This document shows, piece by piece, positions 12,242 to 22,567 of a stretch of 64,000 nt of DNA. Where the stretch lies: assembly GCA_025360225.1 (NCBI GenBank), contig JANYCN010000018.1, positions 30,504 to 94,503 of the forward strand. Direction: 5' to 3'. The first letter of the stretch is position 1. Each line of letters opens with the position of its first letter. The position numbers and the translations under genes were made by a program. This stretch comes from Actinomycetes bacterium (GTDB taxonomy: Bacteria; Actinomycetota; Thermoleophilia; Gaiellales; F1-60-MAGs149). The notes below the pieces were generated by a model that was given only the letters and a program-made list of their open reading frames with translations, was not told the origin of the DNA and searched no databases.

Positions 12242-13935
12242 AGCACCCCCTTCGTGGAGGGAGCCGCGCCGGCCCGTCGCGGGTCGGCGGCGCAGGCGAT
12301 CCGCAGAGCGCGGGCGAGCGCCTTGAACGCCGCCTCGACGATGTGGTGGTCATCGTCGCCGGTCGCGCTGAGGTGGAGGTTGACGCGAGCGGCACGCGCG
12401 AGCGAGTCGAGCATGTGCGGCCACAGGCTGGCCGCGATCCCGCCGACGGGCTGCCCCGAGAGCGCGAGCTTGATCACCGAGACGCCGCGTCCACCGAGGT
12501 CGATGACGCACGTTGCGAGCGCCTCGTCGAGCGGTGCGGAGGCGTCGGCGAAGCGGGCGATTCCCTGCCGCGCGCCGAGGGCTCGGTCGAGGGCCTGACC
12601 GAGCGCGATGCCGACGTCCTCGGTCGTGTGGTGCTCGTCGACGTGGAGGTCGCCGGTGACCTGCAGGTCGAGATCGATGCAACCGTGAAAGGCAAGGGCG
12701 TGGAGCATGTGGTCGAGGAAGCCAAGGCCCGTGTCGATCGTGCACGTCCCGCTGCCGTCGATCACGAGCCTCGTTGCGATCGTCGTCTCCCGTGTCGCGC
12801 GTCGCACCGTTCCGCGGCGTCCCCAGAGGCGGTCGTGCTCGACGGGCACGGGCTCGGGGGCCGGCGGTGTTCCGCCGGTGAGGGCGGCGATCGCGGCCAC
12901 CAGATCGTCGTTCTCCGGCGGCGTCTGCACCGTGACGCGGATCACATTGGCAAGGAGCGGCTCGTGCCCGAAGGTGCGCACCACGAGTCCCTCGTCTGCG
13001 AGCGTCTGCCAGGCATCGTCAGACGAGGCAACGGTGCGAACGGTGACGAATGGCCCGGCCTCTGCGAGCACCTCAGCCCCCGCGGCAGCCAGCGCCCGCC
13101 GAAGACGACCGCGTTCGGCAACGTACGCGACGCAGTCGGCGCGCATCTCCTCGACCTCGCTAAGGGCGAGCTCGACGGCGGTCGCGGCCTGAAGCGAGAG
13201 CGACCCTGGCGGTCGGAGCGCGTCGAGCGCACCGGCGATCGCCGGGTTGGCAAGCGCGTAGCCGACGCGTAGCGACGCGAGCGCCCAGCCTTTGGAGAAC
13301 GTCCGGCAGACGATCAGGTTGTCGTGCTCGGCGATCAGCGGAGCGTGGTCGATGCCGCCGAACTCGAGATAGGCCTGGTCGACGACGACGAGCCCTGGGC
13401 ACGCAGCACAGAGCTCCGCGACGGTCGCCGCTGGCACATCCTCGCCGGTAGGGTTGTTCGGCGAGCACAGCCAGATCATTCGGGCGCCCGGGGCTCGCTC
13501 GAGGAGCCCTTCAAGATCGAGCGCGAGACCGTCTCTTGGCGGCAGCGCAACGAGCGTGCCGCCGGCCATGGCCGTCGCGACGGAGTACATCTGGTAGGTC
13601 GGCTTGCAAACAAGGGCAGTGTCGCCGCGGCCCATCGCGAGCGTCCCGGCGAGCAACAGGACCTCGTCGCAGCCGGCCCCTGGCACGATCTGCGTCCAAG
13701 GCAGCCCGACGTACCGCCCGATCGCCTCGCGCAGCGGCCGATACGTCGCCTCCGGGTACGCGCACGCCTCGAGCCTCGCGACCTCGGCGGCGATGCGCGG
13801 CCAGGCGGCGGGGGAGAGCGGCAGCGTGTTCATGTCGAACCTGCTGACAGGGCCAGCCGGCACGTTGTCCTGCCAGCGGTACGGGGCCGGGCGGGCCAGC
13901 TCGGGCCGGACATGGGTGAGAAGCTGTTCGGTCAC
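12238..13935 (-). CDS. Fused histidinol-phosphate aminotransferase (HisC) + imidazoleglycerol-phosphate dehydratase (HisB), 565 aa
   Basis: N-half: CSPNNPTG, VDQAYLEF, RTFSKGWALASLRVGY; C-half: TRETTI, GFLDHML, DEHHTTED, PLDEAL, DDHHIVEAAFKA; one open frame; GTG start overlaps hisG stop (GTGA). Confidence 0.93.
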   Translation of the reverse strand: MTEQLLTHVRPELARPAPYRWQDNVPAGPVSRFDMNTLPLSPAAWPRIAAEVARLEACAYPEATYRPLREAIGRYVGLPWTQIVPGAGCDEVLLLAGTLAMGRGDTALVCKPTYQMYSVATAMAGGTLVALPPRDGLALDLEGLLERAPGARMIWLCSPNNPTGEDVPAATVAELCAACPGLVVVDQAYLEFGGIDHAPLIAEHDNLIVCRTFSKGWALASLRVGYALANPAIAGALDALRPPGSLSLQAATAVELALSEVEEMRADCVAYVAERGRLRRALAAAGAEVLAEAGPFVTVRTVASSDDAWQTLADEGLVVRTFGHEPLLANVIRVTVQTPPENDDLVAAIAALTGGTPPAPEPVPVEHDRLWGRRGTVRRATRETTIATRLVIDGSGTCTIDTGLGFLDHMLHALAFHGCIDLDLQVTGDLHVDEHHTTEDVGIALGQALDRALGARQGIARFADASAPLDEALATCVIDLGGRGVSVIKLALSGQPVGGIAASLWPHMLDSLARAARVNLHLSATGDDDHHIVEAAFKALARALRIACAADPRRAGAAPSTKGVL

Positions 13936-14795
13936 GGGATCAGGTGCTCGATCGGGAGGACGAGGATGCCGGTGGCTCCGGCCTGCTTGAGCGGTGCGAG
14001 GAGCCGGACGATATCGCTCGCGTCGACGACCGCGTGCACGGCGTGCATGCCGGGCCGTGCGAGCTCGAGCACGGTCGGCGCATCGATACCGGGCAGCAAC
14101 GCGAGGGTTCCGGGCAACTGGTCGTCGTGGACGTTGAGCATCAGGTACCGCTTGGGGCGAGCTGCGAGCACCGAGGCGAGGACGAGCTCGAGCTCCGCGA
14201 CCCGTTCCTCGGTCGCGCTGTCGAGCGCGACGGGGGAGAGGAGGACGGCCTCCGAGACGAGGACCGTCTCGACCTCGACGAGGCCGTTCTGACGCAGCGT
14301 GTCGCCGCTCGAGACGAGGTCTGCGATCGCCTCGGCGGCGTCGAGGGCCGGTGCGAGCTCGACCGAGCCGCTGATCGGGATGCACGTCGCCGCGACGCCG
14401 TAGCCCGCGAGGTGGGCGGTGACCGTGCGCGGGTAGGAGGTTGCGACGCGGAGGCCCGCCAGATCACGCGCCTCGCGGATCGCGCTCTCGGCCGGCGCCG
14501 CAAGCGCCAACCGGCAGCGCCCGAACCCGAGAGCAAGGCGCGTCTGGACGACAACGCCAGCTTCGATCACCTGGTTTGCACCGGCGATGCCGCAGTCGAC
14601 CGCGCGGTCCTCGACCCAGACGGGGATGTCGTCGGCGCGGGCGAAGAGGATCTCGAGATCGTGCTCGGGGAGCGGCAGACGCAGCCGTCGACCGTCCGGC
14701 TCGAAGGCGATGCCAGCCTCGCGGAACAGGCGGTATGCCGGCTCTGCCATGCGCCCCTTGGACGGCAGGGCGATCCGCAGCGGTCGCGAGCTCAC
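13932..14795 (-). CDS. hisG: ATP phosphoribosyltransferase (long form)
   Basis: LRIALPSKGR, DIPVWV..DCGIAG, LGFGRCRL, VATSYP, GSVELAP..AIADLVSSGDTL, C-terminal regulatory domain. Confidence 0.96.
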   Translation of the reverse strand: MSSRPLRIALPSKGRMAEPAYRLFREAGIAFEPDGRRLRLPLPEHDLEILFARADDIPVWVEDRAVDCGIAGANQVIEAGVVVQTRLALGFGRCRLALAAPAESAIREARDLAGLRVATSYPRTVTAHLAGYGVAATCIPISGSVELAPALDAAEAIADLVSSGDTLRQNGLVEVETVLVSEAVLLSPVALDSATEERVAELELVLASVLAARPKRYLMLNVHDDQLPGTLALLPGIDAPTVLELARPGMHAVHAVVDASDIVRLLAPLKQAGATGILVLPIEHLIP

Positions 14796-15082
14796 GACGC
14801 GTCCGCCACGCGATCGAGAACGAGCCGGTACCCGCCTTCGCCGTGGTTGAGCCAGTGCGCGACGCGGGTCACCGTCGTCGTCGACGTGCCGACCTCGCTG
14901 GCGATCTCGGCGTACGTCTGTCCGCCAATCGCAAGCGCGCGAGCCGCCGAGAGCCGATGGGTGAGGGCCGCGAGCTCACCGATCGTGCAGAGGTCGCGGA
15001 GGAAGGCCCGCACCTCGGCAACCGTCTCGAGCGCGAGGATGCCGGTGCAGAGGCGCGTCAGGTCATCGTCCAACGATTCCAT
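14792..15082 (-). CDS. TrpR-like YerC/YecD (HisR-type) transcriptional regulator
   Basis: FLRDLCTIGEL..R..A..L..G.TYAEI....GTSTTTVTRV..W...GEGGY; first gene of the his operon. Confidence 0.9.
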   Translation of the reverse strand: MESLDDDLTRLCTGILALETVAEVRAFLRDLCTIGELAALTHRLSAARALAIGGQTYAEIASEVGTSTTTVTRVAHWLNHGEGGYRLVLDRVADAS

Positions 15083-15102
15083 GATGCCATGTTAGCATGA
15101 TG
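15080..15102. promoter_or_regulatory. Imperfect palindrome over a leaderless extended -10 promoter of the his operon (candidate operator)
   Basis: catgatgccatgttagcatgatg matches its reverse complement at 16/23; minus strand reads TG-c-TAACAT-N6-ATG. Confidence 0.5.
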
Positions 15103-15134
15103 GACTGAGCTCGCGTGCTGCCCCCGAGCCACGC

Positions 15135-15608
15135 TCAGAGCGGAGCGAGCAGCACGAGCGCGATCTCGCGACCTGCTCGCAGCCGGTAGACACGGTACCC
15201 CGGATAGAGCGCGTCGAGCAGCGGCCAGAGCCGATCGCGCTCGGTGGTGCTCGCGGCACGGGCGACGACGCCACGGGTGACGCCGCGGCGCATGACGGAC
15301 GCCTCCGGGTTGGCGATGAGGTTCAGGCTCCAGGCAGGCACCCGGCCGCTGCCCCAGTTCGAGGCAACGACGACGAGCTCATCTCCCTCGGGCAGTGCAA
15401 GGAGCGGAACCGTCCGTTCCAGCCCGGTGCGGGCGCCGAGGGTCGTGAGCCACACGACCTCAACGCCGCCGACGAGCTCGGAGAAGCTCCGTCGCCCGCC
15501 GGTCGCGCGGGCGAACGCGGCATCGAGCGCCGGGAGGGCGCGGGAGAACAGCGCCGCGCCGGCGCGAGACGACGCGACGCGCGCGGAGAGCGTGTGGAGG
15601 AAGGCCAT
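15135..15608 (-). CDS. Deazaflavin (F420)-dependent nitroreductase family protein
   Basis: LTTLGARTGLERTVPL, VVASNWG...PAWSLNLIANP, YRLRAGREI. Confidence 0.88.
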   Translation of the reverse strand: MAFLHTLSARVASSRAGAALFSRALPALDAAFARATGGRRSFSELVGGVEVVWLTTLGARTGLERTVPLLALPEGDELVVVASNWGSGRVPAWSLNLIANPEASVMRRGVTRGVVARAASTTERDRLWPLLDALYPGYRVYRLRAGREIALVLLAPL

Positions 15609-15632
15609 CCCGACGCAGCGTACGATGCCTGC

Positions 15633-16364
15633 GTGGCGTTCGAGGTGATCCCGGCAATCGACCTCGTCAACGGCCGCGTCGTACGCCTCGTCCAGGGACG
15701 GTTCGACGCCGTGACCGACTTCGGCGACGACCCGCTCTCGATCGCCCGTGGCTTCTGGCGTGAGGGTGCTCGCTCGCTGCACGTCATCGACCTTGATGCG
15801 GCTCGCACGGGCGTGCGCCCCGACGCGCATCGTGCCCTGATCGAGCGGCTCGCGCGGGAACGACCGACCGGCGGCGTCCTCCAGGTTGGCGGCGGTTTCC
15901 GCACCGTGGAGGCGATCGACGACGCGGTCGCCCTGGGTGTCGACCGCGTGCTCGTCGGGACGATGGCGTTTCGCGAGCCGACGTTGTTGGACGAGGCGGT
16001 GCGACGCCACGGCTCGCGTATCTGCGTCACTGCTGACAATTTGGCCGGCTCGGTCCGCGTTGCCGGGTGGGAGGAGGACTCGGGCGTTGCCGTCGTCGAC
16101 GCGGTGATCGACCTCTCGGCGCGTGGCGTTGGCTGCTTCCTCGTGACGGCGATCGAGCGTGACGGGACGCTCGCCGGCCATGACGTGCGCCAGCTCACCG
16201 CGGTCAGGGCAGCCACCTCCGGCGTGCTGCTCGCAAGCGGCGGGATTGGCACCGTCGAGCACGTCCTCGCCACCCGCGATGCCGGGGCTGATGGTGTGGT
16301 CGTCGGTCGGGCGCTGCTCTCGGGCGCGATCCGGCTCGCCGACGTCCGCTACGCGATGCGGTAG
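15633..16364 (+). CDS. hisA: ProFAR isomerase (HisA/PriA family)
   Basis: VIPAIDLVNGRVVRLVQG, LHVIDLDAA, QVGGGFR, TAIERDGTLAG, ASGGI; TACGAT-N6-GTG start. Confidence 0.93.
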   Translation: MAFEVIPAIDLVNGRVVRLVQGRFDAVTDFGDDPLSIARGFWREGARSLHVIDLDAARTGVRPDAHRALIERLARERPTGGVLQVGGGFRTVEAIDDAVALGVDRVLVGTMAFREPTLLDEAVRRHGSRICVTADNLAGSVRVAGWEEDSGVAVVDAVIDLSARGVGCFLVTAIERDGTLAGHDVRQLTAVRAATSGVLLASGGIGTVEHVLATRDAGADGVVVGRALLSGAIRLADVRYAMR

Positions 16365-17464
16365 GGCTCGAGCGCGGCCAGGTCGGGCTCGACGCCGAGC
16401 CCGGGGCCGGGCGGGGGTGCGATCGTTCCGTCCGCCGCGATCTCCACCGTCGCCGGTAGCAGGAAGTCGCGGCGCGCCGTTGACCACGTTGGCGGGTCGT
16501 ACGGCACCTCGAAGTACGGGTGGCCGGAGAAGGCACACGCCGCGTGGAGGTTGGCGACGAACCCGACGCCGCCGCTCGACCAGCTGTGTGGCGACCACGC
16601 CCGGCCGTGCAGCTCGGCCAGGGCGCTGACCCGGCGACAGCCAGAGATGCCTCCCGAGAGCACGACGTCGCACTGGACGACGTCGATCTTGCCGCGCTCG
16701 ATCAGATCACGGGCGTTCGCCTCGCTGCGCACCATCTCGCCCGCGGCGATCCGGATCGGCGTGAGCGCGCGGAGCGCGGCATAGCCGTCGAGGTCGTCGG
16801 TCGCGAGCGGCTCCTCCAGCCACCAGACACCGAGCTCGTGCAGCGCGGCAGCGCAGCGTGCGGCGGTCGGCACGTCCCAACGCGGCGTGAGGTCGCCCGG
16901 CATGCGCCACCCTTGGTTCGCGTCGACCATCAGCTCGAGCCGGTCGCCGACGGACGCTCGGACCCGCGCGACGACCGCCACATCATCGCGCCAGTCCGCG
17001 TGGTGGAAGCGGATCTTCAGCGCCCGAACACCCGCATCAGCGAGCTCAACCGCCCGCTCGGCTCGGGTCTCCGGCGCGACCAGCGCGCCGGACGAGGCGT
17101 AGGCCGTGATGCGCTCTCGTCGTCCGCCGAGCAGCTGCCACAGCGGCAGTCCCGCCGCCTTCCCTGCGATGTCCCAGCAGGCAACGTCGACCGCCCAGCA
17201 TCTCCCACCATGGAAGTCGATCGTTGCGCAGACGCCGTTCACAACGTCGCTCGCGCGCGGATCGACACCGACGAGGAAGCGCTCCAGCAGCTCGCGGTCT
17301 GGGAGGCCGTCGCCACCAGAGGCGTATCCCGTGATGCCAACATCGGTGTGGACGATGACGAGGGTGCACAGCACCTGTCGACGCGGGATCGGGTCCCAGG
17401 CCGCGGGGAAGGGCGGGTCGAGCACCTGGCGATAGGTGCGCGTCTCGATCGCGGTGATCAGCAC
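16349..17464 (-). CDS. Mandelate racemase / muconate lactonizing (enolase superfamily) enzyme
   Basis: DVACWDIAGKAAGLPLWQLLGG; metal ligands VDANQ, LEEP, AGE; KxR at the KxK position. Confidence 0.92.
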   Translation of the reverse strand: MLITAIETRTYRQVLDPPFPAAWDPIPRRQVLCTLVIVHTDVGITGYASGGDGLPDRELLERFLVGVDPRASDVVNGVCATIDFHGGRCWAVDVACWDIAGKAAGLPLWQLLGGRRERITAYASSGALVAPETRAERAVELADAGVRALKIRFHHADWRDDVAVVARVRASVGDRLELMVDANQGWRMPGDLTPRWDVPTAARCAAALHELGVWWLEEPLATDDLDGYAALRALTPIRIAAGEMVRSEANARDLIERGKIDVVQCDVVLSGGISGCRRVSALAELHGRAWSPHSWSSGGVGFVANLHAACAFSGHPYFEVPYDPPTWSTARRDFLLPATVEIAADGTIAPPPGPGLGVEPDLAALEPYRIA

Positions 17465-17467
17465 GCG

Positions 17468-17986
17468 TCACTCCCCGTCGTAGAACGCGTTCGTGACCGT
17501 TCCGCGGGCGGCGAGGAGCGCGTCAACCTCGCCGGTCAGCGGGCCGCTGATCGCGCGGGCGATCGCGTCGCGCATCGCGATGCGGTTCGCCGCGCGTAGC
17601 GCCGTGTGGTCAGCGGCACTCGGGTCGACCCAGACGGCGACGAGCAGCACCGTCTCCGCGTCGGCGGCGACGAGTCCCTCCTCGACGGCGTCCATCACGC
17701 CCTCGCCGATGCCGAGCTGAGCAGCACCCCAGGTGAGGCGTTGGTGCAGCTCAGCCGTCGCCGTCGCCTTGTTCATCATGATCGTTGCTGGCCAGACTGG
17801 CGAGCCGCCGCCGAGGCAGACGAGGACCGGTGTGTGGCCGGGCGTCGGTGAGGCGAACGCGGAGGTCGCGACCGCTGCGGTGGCCGATCCTCGACGCGCG
17901 AGGACGACGTTGATGTGCGAGCCGTTTGGAACGGTTCCCGACCAGGCCTCGCCGATCAGGCCGTCGATGTCAGCGGGTTCGATCAT
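17468..17986 (-). CDS. Formaldehyde-activating enzyme (Fae)-like protein
   Basis: IGEAW..G...NGSHINVVL, PGHTPVL, PATIMMNKAT, WGAAQLGI..GV.DAV.EG, VAVWVDP. Confidence 0.85.
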   Translation of the reverse strand: MIEPADIDGLIGEAWSGTVPNGSHINVVLARRGSATAAVATSAFASPTPGHTPVLVCLGGGSPVWPATIMMNKATATAELHQRLTWGAAQLGIGEGVMDAVEEGLVAADAETVLLVAVWVDPSAADHTALRAANRIAMRDAIARAISGPLTGEVDALLAARGTVTNAFYDGE

Positions 17987-18017
17987 GACGATGGAGCGTA
18001 CTACGCTCTACCGCGGG

Positions 18018-20201
<2,184 letters not shown>

Positions 20202-20213
20202 GCGCGCTCCCTT

Positions 20214-20240
20214 GTGTATCGATTCACTGAAACGATACAC
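20214..20240. promoter_or_regulatory. 27-bp near-perfect palindrome (candidate operator) between the divergent Mo-enzyme and PLP-lyase genes
   Basis: gtgtatcg-a-ttca-c-tgaa-a-cgatacac; also parses as two CG-centred 12-mers, tgtatcgattca and tgaaacgataca; AT-rich relative to surroundings. Confidence 0.7.
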
Positions 20241-20285
20241 GACATTTCCCACGAGCGCGGCGCAGCGCCGCGGTACGGTGCCGAC

Positions 20286-21464
20286 ATGGATTGGGAACAG
20301 GGACCGTCAACGCGCGCGATTCACGCCGGCTCACAGGCTGGCGACGACGCCGTCGGATCGCTGCGGCGGTCGGTGATCGGGCGGTTCGACAGCTCCCGGC
20401 GGTTTGCCGCCGTGATGGCGGGCGAGGAGGAGGGCTACCTCTACGGGCGGCTCGGCAACCCGACGGTGCTCGAGACCGCGTCGGCGATCGCCGAGCTTGA
20501 GGGCGCCGGTGCCTGCGAGCTCACGGCGTCCGGGATGGCCGCGATCCACGCCACGCTGGTGGCGTTGCTGCCGAACGGCGGGCACCTCGTGCAGGCGATC
20601 CAGGCGTACGGCAACGCCGCGTCGCTGATCCGCGACACGATCGCTCCGCGCTTTGGCGTGCGGGTGACGGTCGTTGACATCACCGACCTCGCGGCGGTCG
20701 AGGCGGCCTGCGGTGGCGGCGTGAACGTCGTCTACTGCGAGACGATCGCCAACCCCGGCGGTGTCGTCGCCGACCTCGCCGCCCTCGCGGCGATCGCGCA
20801 CGGCGCCGGCGGCCGCCTCGTCGTCGACTCGACGCTCGCGACGCCGCTTCTCTGCCGCCCGCTCGCGCACGGCGCTGACGTCGTCGTGCACTCGGCGACG
20901 AAGTTCCTCAACGGGCATCACGACGTGACCGCCGGCGCGGTCTGTGCGGACCGCGCGACGATCGACAGTGTTCACCGGATCATCGTCGACACGGGAGGGA
21001 TCGCCGACCCGGACTCGGCGTGGCTCCTTCGCCGGGGCATGCGAACGCTGTCCCTGCGCGTCGATCGACAGTGCGCGACCGCGCTCACGCTAGCCCGCTG
21101 GCTCGTTGGCCGTCCGGAGATCGTTGCGGTCCCCTACACCGGCCTGCCGGAGCATCGCCAGCACGGGCTCGCGGCACGTCTTCTCGACGGCCGCTTCGGC
21201 GCGGTGCTTCCTGTCGAGGTGCGTGGCGGCCGGGCCGGCGGTGAGGCGTTGATGGACGCCACGAGGCTGATCGAACGGGTCACGTCGATCGGTGGCGTCT
21301 CCTCCGGGATCAGCCACCCGGCCTCCACGAGCCATCGACAGCTGTCGGAGGATGACCTGCTGCTTGCTGGGATTCCACCTGGCCTCGTGCGCATCGCCGT
21401 CGGCTGCGAGGACGCCGACGACCTGATCGCTGATCTCGCGCAGGCGCTCGCCCAGCTTGGCTGA
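20286..21464 (+). CDS. Cys/Met metabolism PLP enzyme (cystathionine gamma-synthase / methionine gamma-lyase family)
   Basis: [59 protein letters not shown]. Confidence 0.92.
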   Translation: MDWEQGPSTRAIHAGSQAGDDAVGSLRRSVIGRFDSSRRFAAVMAGEEEGYLYGRLGNPTVLETASAIAELEGAGACELTASGMAAIHATLVALLPNGGHLVQAIQAYGNAASLIRDTIAPRFGVRVTVVDITDLAAVEAACGGGVNVVYCETIANPGGVVADLAALAAIAHGAGGRLVVDSTLATPLLCRPLAHGADVVVHSATKFLNGHHDVTAGAVCADRATIDSVHRIIVDTGGIADPDSAWLLRRGMRTLSLRVDRQCATALTLARWLVGRPEIVAVPYTGLPEHRQHGLAARLLDGRFGAVLPVEVRGGRAGGEALMDATRLIERVTSIGGVSSGISHPASTSHRQLSEDDLLLAGIPPGLVRIAVGCEDADDLIADLAQALAQLG

Positions 21465-21536
21465 GCGCCTGCCCGGGTGGATGGTGTGACCCAGACGGGG
21501 CTCAAGCGCCGCGCGATCGCGGACGATACGACCCGC

Positions 21537-22562
21537 ATGGCCCGCCGTCACATCCGGAGGACTCTTCTCGCGCTGGGCGTCGCGATCGCCGCGCCCGCCG
21601 TGGCGGTCTCGTCGGCATCCGCCTCGACCTGGGCGTCGGCCTCGGTGCAGGCGGTGGTGGCGGCCCAGCTTCTGCCGGACACGACCGTCGACACGTTCGG
21701 GCCCGACCGTCCGCTCGACCACGCCACCCTTGCCTTGCTCGTCTGGGGCTCCGTTCCTGGGTCGATCGCAACGACCGACCTGCCGCTAGACGGCGAGCCG
21801 GCGACGATCGGCGAGCTCGATGCCGCGTTCGTCCAGGCATACGGCCTCTCCTCGGCCGCGCAGGCGGCGCATGATGGCCTCGTCGCGGCTGGCTACCTCC
21901 CGCGGGACGATGCGGGAACGGAGATCGTCGCGCGGTTGCTCAGCCTGCGCTACAACCATCCGGCTGCCGACGATGCCCTCGAGCTCGCAGACTTCGAGAT
22001 CGCGACGCGGGCCGAGGCCGCCTACACGACCGCGGTCGCGCTCGGCGGCGTCGATCGTACGAGCGTCGCGCGGGTCGTCGCGCGGATCGCCTCGCTACCG
22101 CAGACGACGGGTGAGCGCCATCGCGTTATCGATCGCGCCGTCGGCCTGATCGGTCGTCCCTACGTCTGGGGTGGCACCTGGGACGACACGACGGGTGGCC
22201 CTGCCGGGTTCCAGCTGCATGGGGGCTATGACTGCTCAGGTCTCGTGTGGCGGACGATGGCGTACGCACCGGGAGCCTCGCGCGCTGCCGGTCGTCGGCT
22301 CGGCGGGCGAACGACCTACGACATGGCCTCCACGACGGCGAAGGCGCGCAAGCTGCCGCCGTCGCGCGTTCGGCCTGGCGACGTGTTGCTCTTCTCGCCG
22401 CGCGGGCGGAAGGCTCGTTGGCAGGAGGTCGACCACTCAGCGATCGCGATCGGCAACGGTCTGATGATCCAGTCATCGAACGAGGGCGTCACCCTGACGG
22501 TGTGGGCCTACGGGCACTACGCGCACACGTTCGCGTTCGGCAAGTCTGTCCTTTCGGGGTAG
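21537..22562 (+). CDS. Secreted NlpC/P60 (C40) cell-wall peptidase
   Basis: Signal peptide; IGRPYVWGG, GYDCSGLV, PGDVLLF, DHSAI. Confidence 0.88.
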   Translation: MARRHIRRTLLALGVAIAAPAVAVSSASASTWASASVQAVVAAQLLPDTTVDTFGPDRPLDHATLALLVWGSVPGSIATTDLPLDGEPATIGELDAAFVQAYGLSSAAQAAHDGLVAAGYLPRDDAGTEIVARLLSLRYNHPAADDALELADFEIATRAEAAYTTAVALGGVDRTSVARVVARIASLPQTTGERHRVIDRAVGLIGRPYVWGGTWDDTTGGPAGFQLHGGYDCSGLVWRTMAYAPGASRAAGRRLGGRTTYDMASTTAKARKLPPSRVRPGDVLLFSPRGRKARWQEVDHSAIAIGNGLMIQSSNEGVTLTVWAYGHYAHTFAFGKSVLSG

Positions 22563-22567
22563 GGGGT

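Noticed and set aside
12238-14385. 715-aa ORF as listed in the track
   Set aside because: The first ~150 codons overlap hisG in another frame; the real start is GTG 13935
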